A DNA stretch of 64,000 bases from Planctomycetota bacterium (lineage in GTDB: Bacteria > Planctomycetota > PLA2 > JAEUHO01): assembly GCA_029259775.1 (NCBI GenBank), contig JAJDEN010000020.1, forward strand, positions 78,846-142,845, in the 5' to 3' direction. This document shows positions 56,444 through 64,000 of the stretch, piece after piece (within the stretch, counting starts at the first letter, position 1; every line of letters starts with the position of its first letter). The position numbers and the translations under genes are program-made. The notes under the pieces are model-generated. The model was not told the origin of the DNA. It saw only the letters and a list, made by a program, of their open reading frames with translations, and ran no database searches.

Positions 56444-56829
56444 GGTCACGGGAATTTGATCCGCACGTGCGCCCGTCCCCGCGGCACGCACCGTGCGTGG
56501 ACGCGCGCTGGCGCACGTCGAAGAACGACGTGCGCGCGCGGGCCTCGAGGCATCGCCAAGCGGTCGAGCCTGCTACGTGAATTCGCGACCGGGCGGCCGG
56601 TTTCAGGTCGGTTATTTGGTTACGGAGGGTGTCGGAGGCGGTGGTACAGTCCGCCGCCAATCGGCCCGTCAGCGGGCTGATTCGACGTTTCTGGCGACTT
56701 CGCTGCGTGCGAAACGCCGAAAACAGACGATCAAAAACCAAGATGTCCGTCGCGCAGGCGTTCACCCCACGATCACGTGGACACACGACCGGCGAAGACG
56801 CGGGCATCCACAAGAGGCAGGAGAGGTTC

Positions 56830-57057
56830 ATGGCTGCGAGGAAGAAGTCGAAGAAGAAGGCCGCGCGTCGGGCCAAGAAGCCGGCGTTGAACGTCGTCGT
56901 CGGTTCCAAGGTCAAGGAAGCCGTCAAGAGCCACGGCGTGCGCTGTTCGGGCGATCTCGTCGAGGCGCTCAACGGCAAGGTCATCGCCATGCTCAGCGAC
57001 GCGGTCGCGCGCTGCGAGGCCAACCGCCGCGGTACGGTCCGCCCCCAGGACCTCTAA
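56830..57057 (+). CDS. bacterial histone-fold protein with basic N-terminal tail
   Basis: RBS AGGAGAGG; VVVGSKVKEAVK...RCSGDLVEALNGKV..ML..AVARCEANRRGTVRPQDL carries the histone L2/alpha3 RxTxxxxD motif. Confidence 0.88.
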   Translation: MAARKKSKKKAARRAKKPALNVVVGSKVKEAVKSHGVRCSGDLVEALNGKVIAMLSDAVARCEANRRGTVRPQDL

Positions 57058-57072
57058 GCAAGAGTTCAGCTG

Positions 57073-57158
57073 GCGCGGCGATCCTTCGGGGTCGCCGCGC
57101 ACATCTGCCCAAGAGCAGGTACCCAAGAGGGCGTCGCGCTTCGCGCGGCGCCCTCTTG
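57073..57158 (+). terminator. two strong hairpins after the histone gene (terminator or mRNA stabiliser)
   Basis: GCGCGGCGATCC-TTCG-GGGTCGCCGCGC (57073-57100); CAAGAGGGCGTCGCG-CTTCG-CGCGGCGCCCTCTTG (57124-57158). Confidence 0.65.
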
Positions 57159-57250
57159 TCATGTTGACCTCGATCCTTGTTTCGTCCTTCCGTGTCGCCT
57201 CGTGCGACGTTTCTTCCTGCGACCTCCCCCACCGTGAGATGCCCCCCGCC

Positions 57251-57730
57251 ATGAGGCGCGACGCCACCCAGATCCTCCGGATGCTGCAAGCCACGGCCGC
57301 CGAGACGCGCGACCGGGACGAGCTCGCCGCGACCGCGCTCCGGGGCCTGCGCGACACGCTGCCGCAAGCGTCGTGGAGCGGCATCTACTGGCTGGAGGGC
57401 CAGGAACTGGTACTGGGACCCTTCCACGGCCCCGCGACGGATCACACGCGCATCCCCGTCGGGCGCGGCGTCTGCGGGACGGCCGTCGAGGAAGGCGCCG
57501 ACCAGCGGGTGGATGACGTCCGCGAGCGGGCCAACTACCTCGCCTGCTCCGCGTCGGTCCGCAGCGAGTTGGTCGTGCTGATCCGCGCACGCGACACCAT
57601 CGTCGGGCAGTTCGACTTCGACGCGGAGGAGGTGGGTGCGTTCGATGCCGACGACCTCTGTGTGGTGCGCGCCGTGGCGGATGCGTTCGGCGCCCTGATC
57701 GCGGCGCTGTCGGATGCGCCGGGCGGCTGA
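57251..57730 (+). CDS. GAF-domain protein, free Met-(R)-sulfoxide reductase (MsrC) family
   Basis: WSGIYW; LVLGPFHG; RIPVGRGVCGTA; VDDV...YLACSASVRSELVV. Confidence 0.85.
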   Translation: MRRDATQILRMLQATAAETRDRDELAATALRGLRDTLPQASWSGIYWLEGQELVLGPFHGPATDHTRIPVGRGVCGTAVEEGADQRVDDVRERANYLACSASVRSELVVLIRARDTIVGQFDFDAEEVGAFDADDLCVVRAVADAFGALIAALSDAPGG

Positions 57731-57764
57731 GCGCGACCGGCTGATCCCGGGCTACGATCCCTTC

Positions 57765-58865
57765 ATGCCCACACGCACGAGCATGCAGCGCCTCCGACGA
57801 CCCCGACGCCGACGCTACGTCCTTCGCCGTCTCGGGTGCCCGCTGCTGGTCGCCTGCCTTCTGGCCTTGACGGTCGCCCGCGCCGAGGGCGAGGAGGGCG
57901 CGCCGGAGCGGGCGGGCCCGCTCGTCCTCGAGAAGACGCTGATCGAGTACGGCGTCGTCGAGCAGGACGCGGAGTACACGGCCGAAGTCAGCTACGAGAA
58001 CAAGGGCAGCGCACACATCACGAAGCTGCGTGCCAAGGCCGGGTGCAGCTGCGCTTCGATCGGCCTCTCCGAGACAGCCCTCGCGCCGGGCGCCCGCGGC
58101 AAGCTCACGGCGCGCTTCCGAACGCACGGCTTCCTCGGTGTCGCGACCAAGAAGGTGAACCTGCTCTACGAAGAGGACGGCACGCCGCGACGCCTGGTGC
58201 TGAAGCTCAAGATCTCCGTGATTGGCGGCGTCTTGATCGACCGGCTGCATCTCGGCGAGGTCCTCGACGGCACGGCGCCCGAGGGCACGGCCCTGGTGCG
58301 CTGGCACGTCGGCGTCGGCAAGCCCTTCAAGATCACGTCCGTGACGGTTCCGGGCCACCCCATCGAGACGAAGGTCGAGCCCTACGAGCCGGGCCCGGGC
58401 GTCGCCTACAAGGGCTGGCTCGTCCACTTCCGCTTCACGCAGCCGCCACCGAAGGGCGTCTTCTCGGCGAAGGCGATCGTGATCACGACGCATCCGAAGC
58501 AGGGCAAGGTCCTCCTCCCCCTCACGGCACGCGTCCTCGGCAAGGTCTGGGTGCAGACGAGCCACCTCTACCTGGGTCTGGTCGCGCAGGGCAAGGGCAA
58601 GAGCGCCAGCGTCACCTTCCGCGGCTTCAACAAGACGATCAGGCTCGGCAAGGTCTCGGCGCGCGCCCGCAAGGGCGTGCTGCAGGTCTCGATCGAAGAC
58701 ACCGCGACCCGCCGTGGACCCGCCAAGAAGCTCACGGTCACCGTCCCGAAGGACGCGCCACCGGGCTCCCTGGACGACGTGATCGAGCTCCACACCGAGG
58801 TGCCCGGCGAGAAGCTGGTCACGATCGACGTCCGCGGGCGGATCTTCGTGCCCGCGAAGCGCTGA
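57765..58865 (+). CDS. DUF1573 domain secreted protein (start uncertain)
   Basis: YENKG..AGCSCA...LAPGARGKL; repeated Ig-like modules. Confidence 0.8.
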   Translation: MPTRTSMQRLRRPRRRRYVLRRLGCPLLVACLLALTVARAEGEEGAPERAGPLVLEKTLIEYGVVEQDAEYTAEVSYENKGSAHITKLRAKAGCSCASIGLSETALAPGARGKLTARFRTHGFLGVATKKVNLLYEEDGTPRRLVLKLKISVIGGVLIDRLHLGEVLDGTAPEGTALVRWHVGVGKPFKITSVTVPGHPIETKVEPYEPGPGVAYKGWLVHFRFTQPPPKGVFSAKAIVITTHPKQGKVLLPLTARVLGKVWVQTSHLYLGLVAQGKGKSASVTFRGFNKTIRLGKVSARARKGVLQVSIEDTATRRGPAKKLTVTVPKDAPPGSLDDVIELHTEVPGEKLVTIDVRGRIFVPAKR

Positions 58866-58901
58866 GGGGGCCCTGTGCCGAGGCACCGCTACCATGGGCC
58901 G

Positions 58902-60095
58902 ATGCCCTGCCCCGCCACCCCCTCGCTCGCTCGCCTCCTGCTCCTCGTCGCAGGGCTGCTCCTGCTCGGCGGCCCCACGGCCCGCGCGGACGAGCCGCCG
59001 CTGGGCCCCAAGGGACCGGAGCGCGACAAGCGCCACGCGGACCTTGAGGTCGACCGCTACGAGCACGACTTCGGCTACGCGAAGCAGAACACCGTCAACC
59101 GGGCCGAGTTCACCTACACGAACAAGGGCAACGCGAAGGTCACGGGCATCCGCGCGCGAGGTGAGTGCGGCTGCAACGTCGCCCTGGTCAGCAAGCGCGA
59201 GCTCGCCCCGGGTGAGTCGGGGGTGCTGAAGGTCGAGTTTAACACCCTCACGCTCGGTGGCCACCTGTACAAGCGCATCCACCTCTACTCGAGCGACCAC
59301 ACGCGCGGCGAGTCGCTCATCGGGCTCAAGATCGCGATCGTGAAGGGCCTCGTCGTGCGCCCGCCTGGCCTCTCGTTCGGTGACGTGCAGCTCGGCACGA
59401 AGCCCGCGAAGTCCTTCTCGCTGCGCTGGTACGACGGCGTTGGCAAGCCATTCACCATCGAGGAGATCGACGCGCCCAAGGGCTTCGATGTCGTCAAGAC
59501 GGCGTACGAGGATCCGAAGGACCCTCGCTGGAAGGGCTGGCGCATCGAGCTCCAGCTCACCAGGGAACTGCCGCTCGGCATGTACTCTGCCGAGGTGCTC
59601 GTGCGCACGACGGACAAGGAACGCCCGCGCATCGTGACCGCACTCAGCGCCAACGTCTGCGGCAAGGTCTGGCTGCAGTCGCGCCGTCTCAGCTTCGGGA
59701 CGTTCACGCAGGGCCGCAAGCGCAGCTCGAGCATCAAGTTCCGTCCGTTCGACGAGACGGTCACCTTCGGCGAGGTGTCGGCGAAGTCGCGGAGCGGCCG
59801 CCTGCAGGTCGAGGTGAAGCCCGATCCCTACATGGGCGACAAGGGCGTGTGGAAGCTGATCGCGACCGTGCCCGTCGACGCGGCGGCCGGCAGCCTCGAG
59901 CAGGAGATCATCGAGCTCCACACCGGCGTGCCCGGTGAAGAGGTCACGCTGCTGAAGGTGCGTGGGCGGGTACGCCCCAAGAAGGGCGGTCGCGTGGGCC
60001 CGAAGAAGGGCCCCGCTGCGAAGGCACCGGCCGAGAAGGCTCCGGCCGAGAAGGCTGCCGCCAAGTCCACGGGAACCGGCGCCGATGGGCGCTGA
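58902..60095 (+). CDS. DUF1573 domain secreted protein (paralog of upstream gene)
   Basis: HDFG; YTNKG..ECGCN...LAPGESGVL; shares GVGKPF, KGW, GKVW and IELHT.VPGE with the upstream gene. Confidence 0.85.
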   Translation: MPCPATPSLARLLLLVAGLLLLGGPTARADEPPLGPKGPERDKRHADLEVDRYEHDFGYAKQNTVNRAEFTYTNKGNAKVTGIRARGECGCNVALVSKRELAPGESGVLKVEFNTLTLGGHLYKRIHLYSSDHTRGESLIGLKIAIVKGLVVRPPGLSFGDVQLGTKPAKSFSLRWYDGVGKPFTIEEIDAPKGFDVVKTAYEDPKDPRWKGWRIELQLTRELPLGMYSAEVLVRTTDKERPRIVTALSANVCGKVWLQSRRLSFGTFTQGRKRSSSIKFRPFDETVTFGEVSAKSRSGRLQVEVKPDPYMGDKGVWKLIATVPVDAAAGSLEQEIIELHTGVPGEEVTLLKVRGRVRPKKGGRVGPKKGPAAKAPAEKAPAEKAAAKSTGTGADGR

Positions 60096-60609
60096 CGGAC
60101 CGTCCCCCGTCCGGCGATCGCGACGCGACGACGGCGGCGGCGGCGGCGCGAAGGGCCGCAAGCGCAAGAAGGGCGGCGGCACCGTCCTCCTGTTCCTGCT
60201 CTTCGGTGCCGTTCCCGTGGGGCTCCTAGCCTACTTCTACGCCCAGTCGGCCGAGCGTCAGCAGCAGATCCTCGACAAGGTGCCCGCCGGCGCGGGAGGA
60301 CGCGGCATCAAGGCGGCGATCTGCATCGGCATCCTGTTCGGTCTGGCCAAGATCGCGCTGCCCGCCTTCCACGGCACCGGCGCGACGCTCAAGGGCTGGC
60401 TCGACGCGCTCAAGCAGAAGCCCAAGGCCATGCGGGTGCTGCTCTTCCCCGTCGAGTTCGTCGTGTGGCTCCTGTGGTTCACCGTACAACTGCTGTTCGC
60501 CTTGGACGCGGTCCTCATCGTCGCGGCGGCGGTCGGTACGCTCGTCCTCGTGGCACGGATCCTCAAGCCGGAGCTGTTCGAGGGCGTGCTGCCCGAGATC
60601 CTGAAGTAG
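60085..60609 (+). CDS. hypothetical membrane protein
   Basis: About four hydrophobic segments; overlaps upstream stop. Confidence 0.7.
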   Translation: MGADGPSPVRRSRRDDGGGGGAKGRKRKKGGGTVLLFLLFGAVPVGLLAYFYAQSAERQQQILDKVPAGAGGRGIKAAICIGILFGLAKIALPAFHGTGATLKGWLDALKQKPKAMRVLLFPVEFVVWLLWFTVQLLFALDAVLIVAAAVGTLVLVARILKPELFEGVLPEILK

Positions 60610-60618
60610 GTGTCGCCG

Positions 60619-61491
60619 ATGGCCGACGACAGCACTCTCCGGCTGGGCTTGATCCAGACGCATGCGGACGCCGGTGCCGGCGAGAACCTCGAGCGCACGA
60701 CCGCGCTCATGCGCCAGGCGGCAGCCGACGGCGCGCAGGTCATCTGCACGCAGGAGCTGTTCCTCTCGCCCTACTTCCCGCAGGTCGAGAGCGACGAGCA
60801 CTTCCAACTCGCCGAATCGATTCCCGGTCCCACGACCGAGACCTTGGGCATGCTGGCGGCGGAGCTCGGCGTCGTGATCGTCGCGAGCCTCTTCGAGAAG
60901 CGCGCACCCGGTCTCTTCCACAACACGGCGGTCGTACTCGACGCTGACGGCTCGCTCGTCGGGCGCTACCGCAAGATGCACATCCCCGACGACCCGCGCT
61001 TCTACGAGAAGTTCTACTTCACGCCGGGAGACCTGGGCTTCCGCGTGTTCGACACGCGCTTCGGCAAGCTCGGCGTGCTCATCTGCTGGGACCAGTGGTA
61101 CCCCGAGGCCGCACGCCTCACCGCCCTGGCGGGCGCCGAGGTGTTGATCTACCCGACGGCCATCGGCACGTGGCAGGGCGAGATGGAGCTCGCCGCGACG
61201 CAGCACGAGGCGTGGCGCACGGTGCAGCGCTCGCACGCGATCACGAACGGCGTCTTCGTCGCGGCGGTCAACCGCATGGGCGCCGAGGACGAGCTCTCGT
61301 TCTGGGGCCGCTCCTTCGTCGCCGGGCCCGACGGCCAGGTGCTCGCCGAGGCGGGCCAGGACGAAGCCGTGTTGATCGTCGAATGCGACCGCGCCCAGAT
61401 CGACACGGCGCGCGAGGGTTGGCCCTTCTTGCGCGACCGGCGCATCGACGCCTATGGCGACCTCGAGAAGCGCTGGCGCGATGACAGCTGA
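60619..61491 (+). CDS. aguB: N-carbamoylputrescine amidase (nitrilase family)
   Basis: QELF; YRKMHIPDDP.FYEKFYFTPGDLGF; ICWDQWYPEAARL; adjacent to agmatine deiminase. Confidence 0.9.
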   Translation: MADDSTLRLGLIQTHADAGAGENLERTTALMRQAAADGAQVICTQELFLSPYFPQVESDEHFQLAESIPGPTTETLGMLAAELGVVIVASLFEKRAPGLFHNTAVVLDADGSLVGRYRKMHIPDDPRFYEKFYFTPGDLGFRVFDTRFGKLGVLICWDQWYPEAARLTALAGAEVLIYPTAIGTWQGEMELAATQHEAWRTVQRSHAITNGVFVAAVNRMGAEDELSFWGRSFVAGPDGQVLAEAGQDEAVLIVECDRAQIDTAREGWPFLRDRRIDAYGDLEKRWRDDS

Positions 61492-62554
61492 CCCGCCGCC
61501 GAACGTCGGAGGGCCCGACGAGAGTCCGCGCGGCCAGGGCTACCGCTGGCCCGCCGAGTGGGCGCCGCACGAAGCGACGCTGCTCGCCTGGCCACACGAC
61601 GAGACGACGTTTCCGAGCGGCGTCGAGCATGCCGAGCGCGCGTTCGCGCACTTCGCTGCGGCGATCAGCCAGGGGGAGACGGTCCACCTCTGCGTGGCCG
61701 ACGAGGCGATGGCCGAGCGCGCAATGCCGCTGCTCGAAGATGCCGGCGGCCAGGACATCGAGCTGCACCTGATCGAGACGGCCGATGTGTGGTTCCGCGA
61801 CTACGGTCCGATCACCGTGGCGCGCGGCGAGGGGGCCCAGCGCGAACGCTTGGCGATCGACTTCACATTCAATGCGTGGGGCGGCAAGTACGAGGAGTTG
61901 CTCGCCGACGACACGATCCCCGTCCGCATCCAGCCCGCGCTGGGGTTGCCGCTGATCAGCACGGACCTCGTTCTCGAAGGCGGCAGCATCGACGGCGACG
62001 GCGAAGGCACGCTGCTCACCACCGAGCAATGCCTGCTCCACGAGAATCGCAACGGTGACCTCTCGCGCGACGACATCGCGGAGGCGCTGTCGATGTTCCT
62101 CGGTGTCGAGAAGGTGCTGTGGCTGGGCGACGGCATCGACGGCGACGACACGGACGGCCACATCGACGACATCACGCGCTTCGTGGCACCGGGCAAGGTC
62201 GTGACGGCCATGCAGCCCGACCCGAAGGACCCTGACCACAAGGCGCTGAAGGCCAACTTCCGACGCTTGCAGAAGATGCGCGACGCGCAGAACCGGCGTA
62301 TCGAGATCATCGAGCTGCCGATGCCGGAGCCGCTGGTGAGCGCGGCGGGGCAGCGACTGCCGGCCTCGTACGCGAACTTCTACGTATGCAACGCGGCGGT
62401 CTGCGTACCCGTCTTCGGGGGCGCCGAGGACGGGCGCGCGCTGGAGATCCTGGGCGCGTGCTTCCCGGGCCGCGACGTCGTGCCGATCCGCAGCGAGCAT
62501 CTGGTCGAGGGGTTGGGATCGCTGCATTGCGTGAGCCAGCAGGTCCCCCGGTAG
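61481..62554 (+). CDS. aguA: agmatine deiminase
   Basis: PAEWAPH; WFRDYGP; FNAWGGKY; LEGGSID; DTDGHIDD; ASYANF; GSLHCVSQQ. Confidence 0.93.
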   Translation: MTADPPPNVGGPDESPRGQGYRWPAEWAPHEATLLAWPHDETTFPSGVEHAERAFAHFAAAISQGETVHLCVADEAMAERAMPLLEDAGGQDIELHLIETADVWFRDYGPITVARGEGAQRERLAIDFTFNAWGGKYEELLADDTIPVRIQPALGLPLISTDLVLEGGSIDGDGEGTLLTTEQCLLHENRNGDLSRDDIAEALSMFLGVEKVLWLGDGIDGDDTDGHIDDITRFVAPGKVVTAMQPDPKDPDHKALKANFRRLQKMRDAQNRRIEIIELPMPEPLVSAAGQRLPASYANFYVCNAAVCVPVFGGAEDGRALEILGACFPGRDVVPIRSEHLVEGLGSLHCVSQQVPR

Positions 62555-62680
62555 CTCATCGAGACTCCCACGACACGCGCCTACGGGGCCTCTGAACACC
62601 CACACGCCCACCCCAACTCCCACGCCCCCTAGCGCACCCTCACCCGCACGAGAGTCACCCGCGCTACCTCGCACCACCTC

Positions 62681-62752
62681 ACACGGACACGGACACGGAC
62701 TGGGACTGGGACTGGGGCTGGGGCTGGGGCTGGGGCTGGGGCTGGGGCTGGG
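62681..62752. repeat. compound hexamer microsatellite (ACACGG)3(ACTGGG)3(GCTGGG)6
   Basis: Read directly; intergenic upstream of coaB. Confidence 0.92.
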
Positions 62753-62799
62753 GCCAGGGCAAGAGCCACCCCCTCCCACGCCCAAGCTATCCTTCCCCC

Positions 62800-63459
62800 A
62801 TGCCCGCCAAGCGCCTCCCCCTCGCCGGCCTGCGCCTCGTCGTCACATCGGGACCGACGCGCGAACATCTGGATGACGTGCGCTTCCTCTCCAATGCCTC
62901 GACCGGCCGCATGGGCCACGCGCTCGCGCGCCTGGCCGCACGGCGCGGCGCGCACGTGACCCTCGTGCAGGGCCCCTGCGAGCTGCCGGAGCTGAAGGCC
63001 GTCACGACGATCCCCGTCGTCTCGACGAAGGACCTGCTCACCGCGACACGCGCAGCCGTCGAGCACGCCGACCTCGTGATCTTCGCCGCCGCGCCGTCGG
63101 ACTTCCGTCCGCGCCGCCGGCAGAAGGGCAAGCCCGGCCGCGAAGCCACAGGCGCCATGACGCTCGACCTCGTGGCCACGCCGGACGTCGCCAAGACCCT
63201 CGGACGTGGCAAGGGCGCGCGGATCCACGTGGGCTTCGCCCTCGAGGTGGGTGGCGGGGAAGCACGCGCGCGGCGCAAGATGGCCCGCAAGGGCCTCGAC
63301 GCGATCGTCCTCAACAGCCCGGCCAACTTCGGCGCCGGCGGCGGCCAGGCGACCTGGCTGGGCAAGGACGGCTCCACGCTGGCGCTGGCGAACGCCTCGA
63401 AGGCGGGACTCGCGCGGGCGGTCCTGGACCGCGCTCTCCGCCTGGTCGAAGGCGGGTAG
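62800..63459 (+). CDS. coaB: phosphopantothenate-cysteine ligase (stand-alone CoaB domain)
   Basis: VTSGPTREHLDDVRFLSNASTGRMG; AAAPSDFRP; VGFALE; no CoaC flavoprotein domain. Confidence 0.88.
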   Translation: MPAKRLPLAGLRLVVTSGPTREHLDDVRFLSNASTGRMGHALARLAARRGAHVTLVQGPCELPELKAVTTIPVVSTKDLLTATRAAVEHADLVIFAAAPSDFRPRRRQKGKPGREATGAMTLDLVATPDVAKTLGRGKGARIHVGFALEVGGGEARARRKMARKGLDAIVLNSPANFGAGGGQATWLGKDGSTLALANASKAGLARAVLDRALRLVEGG

Positions 63460-63468
63460 CATCCGGAC

Positions 63469-64000
63469 ATGGCGGCCGCCGACACCCCCACGCACGACGC
63501 CGTGCCACCGAAGAAGGTGCCCCCGATGAAGGTGCCCCTCGAGAGCGGAGAGCTCGAGACGCGGGTGCCCTTGGAGGCGTTGATCGAGGGCCTGTCGCGG
63601 CCCGGGGCCATCGACGAGAACGAGAGCGCGCGCGTCGTGCAGACGCACATCAGCGTCGTGTTCATCACCGGGACGCGTGCCATCAAGGTGAAGAAGCCGA
63701 TTCGTCTCTGGGGCTTCCTCGACTATGGCACCGTCGAGGCACGCCGCGCGATGTGCGAGGCCGAGGTGCGGCTCAACCAGCGGCTGGCGCCGGACATCTA
63801 CAAGGGCGTGGTCCCGATCACCCAAGAGGGCGGCGCCCTGCGCGTGCGCGCCGCGGAGGACGTCGAGGCCGCTGACGTCCTCGAGTGGGCCGTGGAGATG
63901 GTGCGCATGCCCAAGGGCGCCACGATGCTGGAGCGCCTCCACGCGGGCTCGCTCACGGCGGCGGAGCTCGAGCGCGCGGGTCGGCGGCTGGCCGAGTTCC
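63469..64000 (+). CDS. aminoglycoside-phosphotransferase-like/AAA bifunctional protein (COG2187), 3' truncated
   Basis: Own translation: VVQTHISVVF...KVKKPIRLWGFLDY...CEAEVRLNQRLAPDIY...EWAVEMVRM. Confidence 0.85.
   Translation, partial: MAAADTPTHDAVPPKKVPPMKVPLESGELETRVPLEALIEGLSRPGAIDENESARVVQTHISVVFITGTRAIKVKKPIRLWGFLDYGTVEARRAMCEAEVRLNQRLAPDIYKGVVPITQEGGALRVRAAEDVEAADVLEWAVEMVRMPKGATMLERLHAGSLTAAELERAGRRLAEF

Noticed and set aside
55800-56829. Replication origin or tRNA in the long intergenic region
   Set aside because: Only weak DnaA-box-like matches (AAATCCACA, GCATCCACA), no AT-rich unwinding element and no cloverleaf.

Overview
High-GC bacterial chromosomal segment, probably Planctomycetota/PVC (DUF1549/DUF1553 plus Tat-DUF1501 pair, tandem DUF1573 genes; this assignment is inference). 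It holds about 50 CDS: the end of a heavy-metal RND pump, secreted and lipoproteins, an accessory-looking 10-20 kb stretch with a TPR-CHAT gene, an nptA-phoU-pgk2-apgM operon, mtnP, arfB, icmF, eboE, nrdJ, aguBA and coaB. No rRNA, tRNA, CRISPR array or integrase/transposase was seen. Signals the ORF track misses: (1) two genes split by an in-frame TGA exactly at the catalytic Cys, each followed by a GGUC-loop SECIS-like hairpin (an AhpD-like peroxidase and a CTP-synthase-like glutamine amidotransferase), i.e. probable selenoproteins; (2) three copies of the 3' end of an AlkA-like glycosylase gene that delimit two single-gene, integrase-less cassettes with shared arm-like motifs; (3) a 75-aa bacterial histone with a Lys/Arg-rich N-terminal tail; (4) a structured, terminated anti-Shine-Dalgarno sRNA candidate and tandem NrdR boxes in the 1.6-kb nrdJ-histone intergenic region; (5) GTAG-type REP doublets. 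All family calls come from motif recognition by eye; no database search was run. Many start codons were reassigned from the ORF track.
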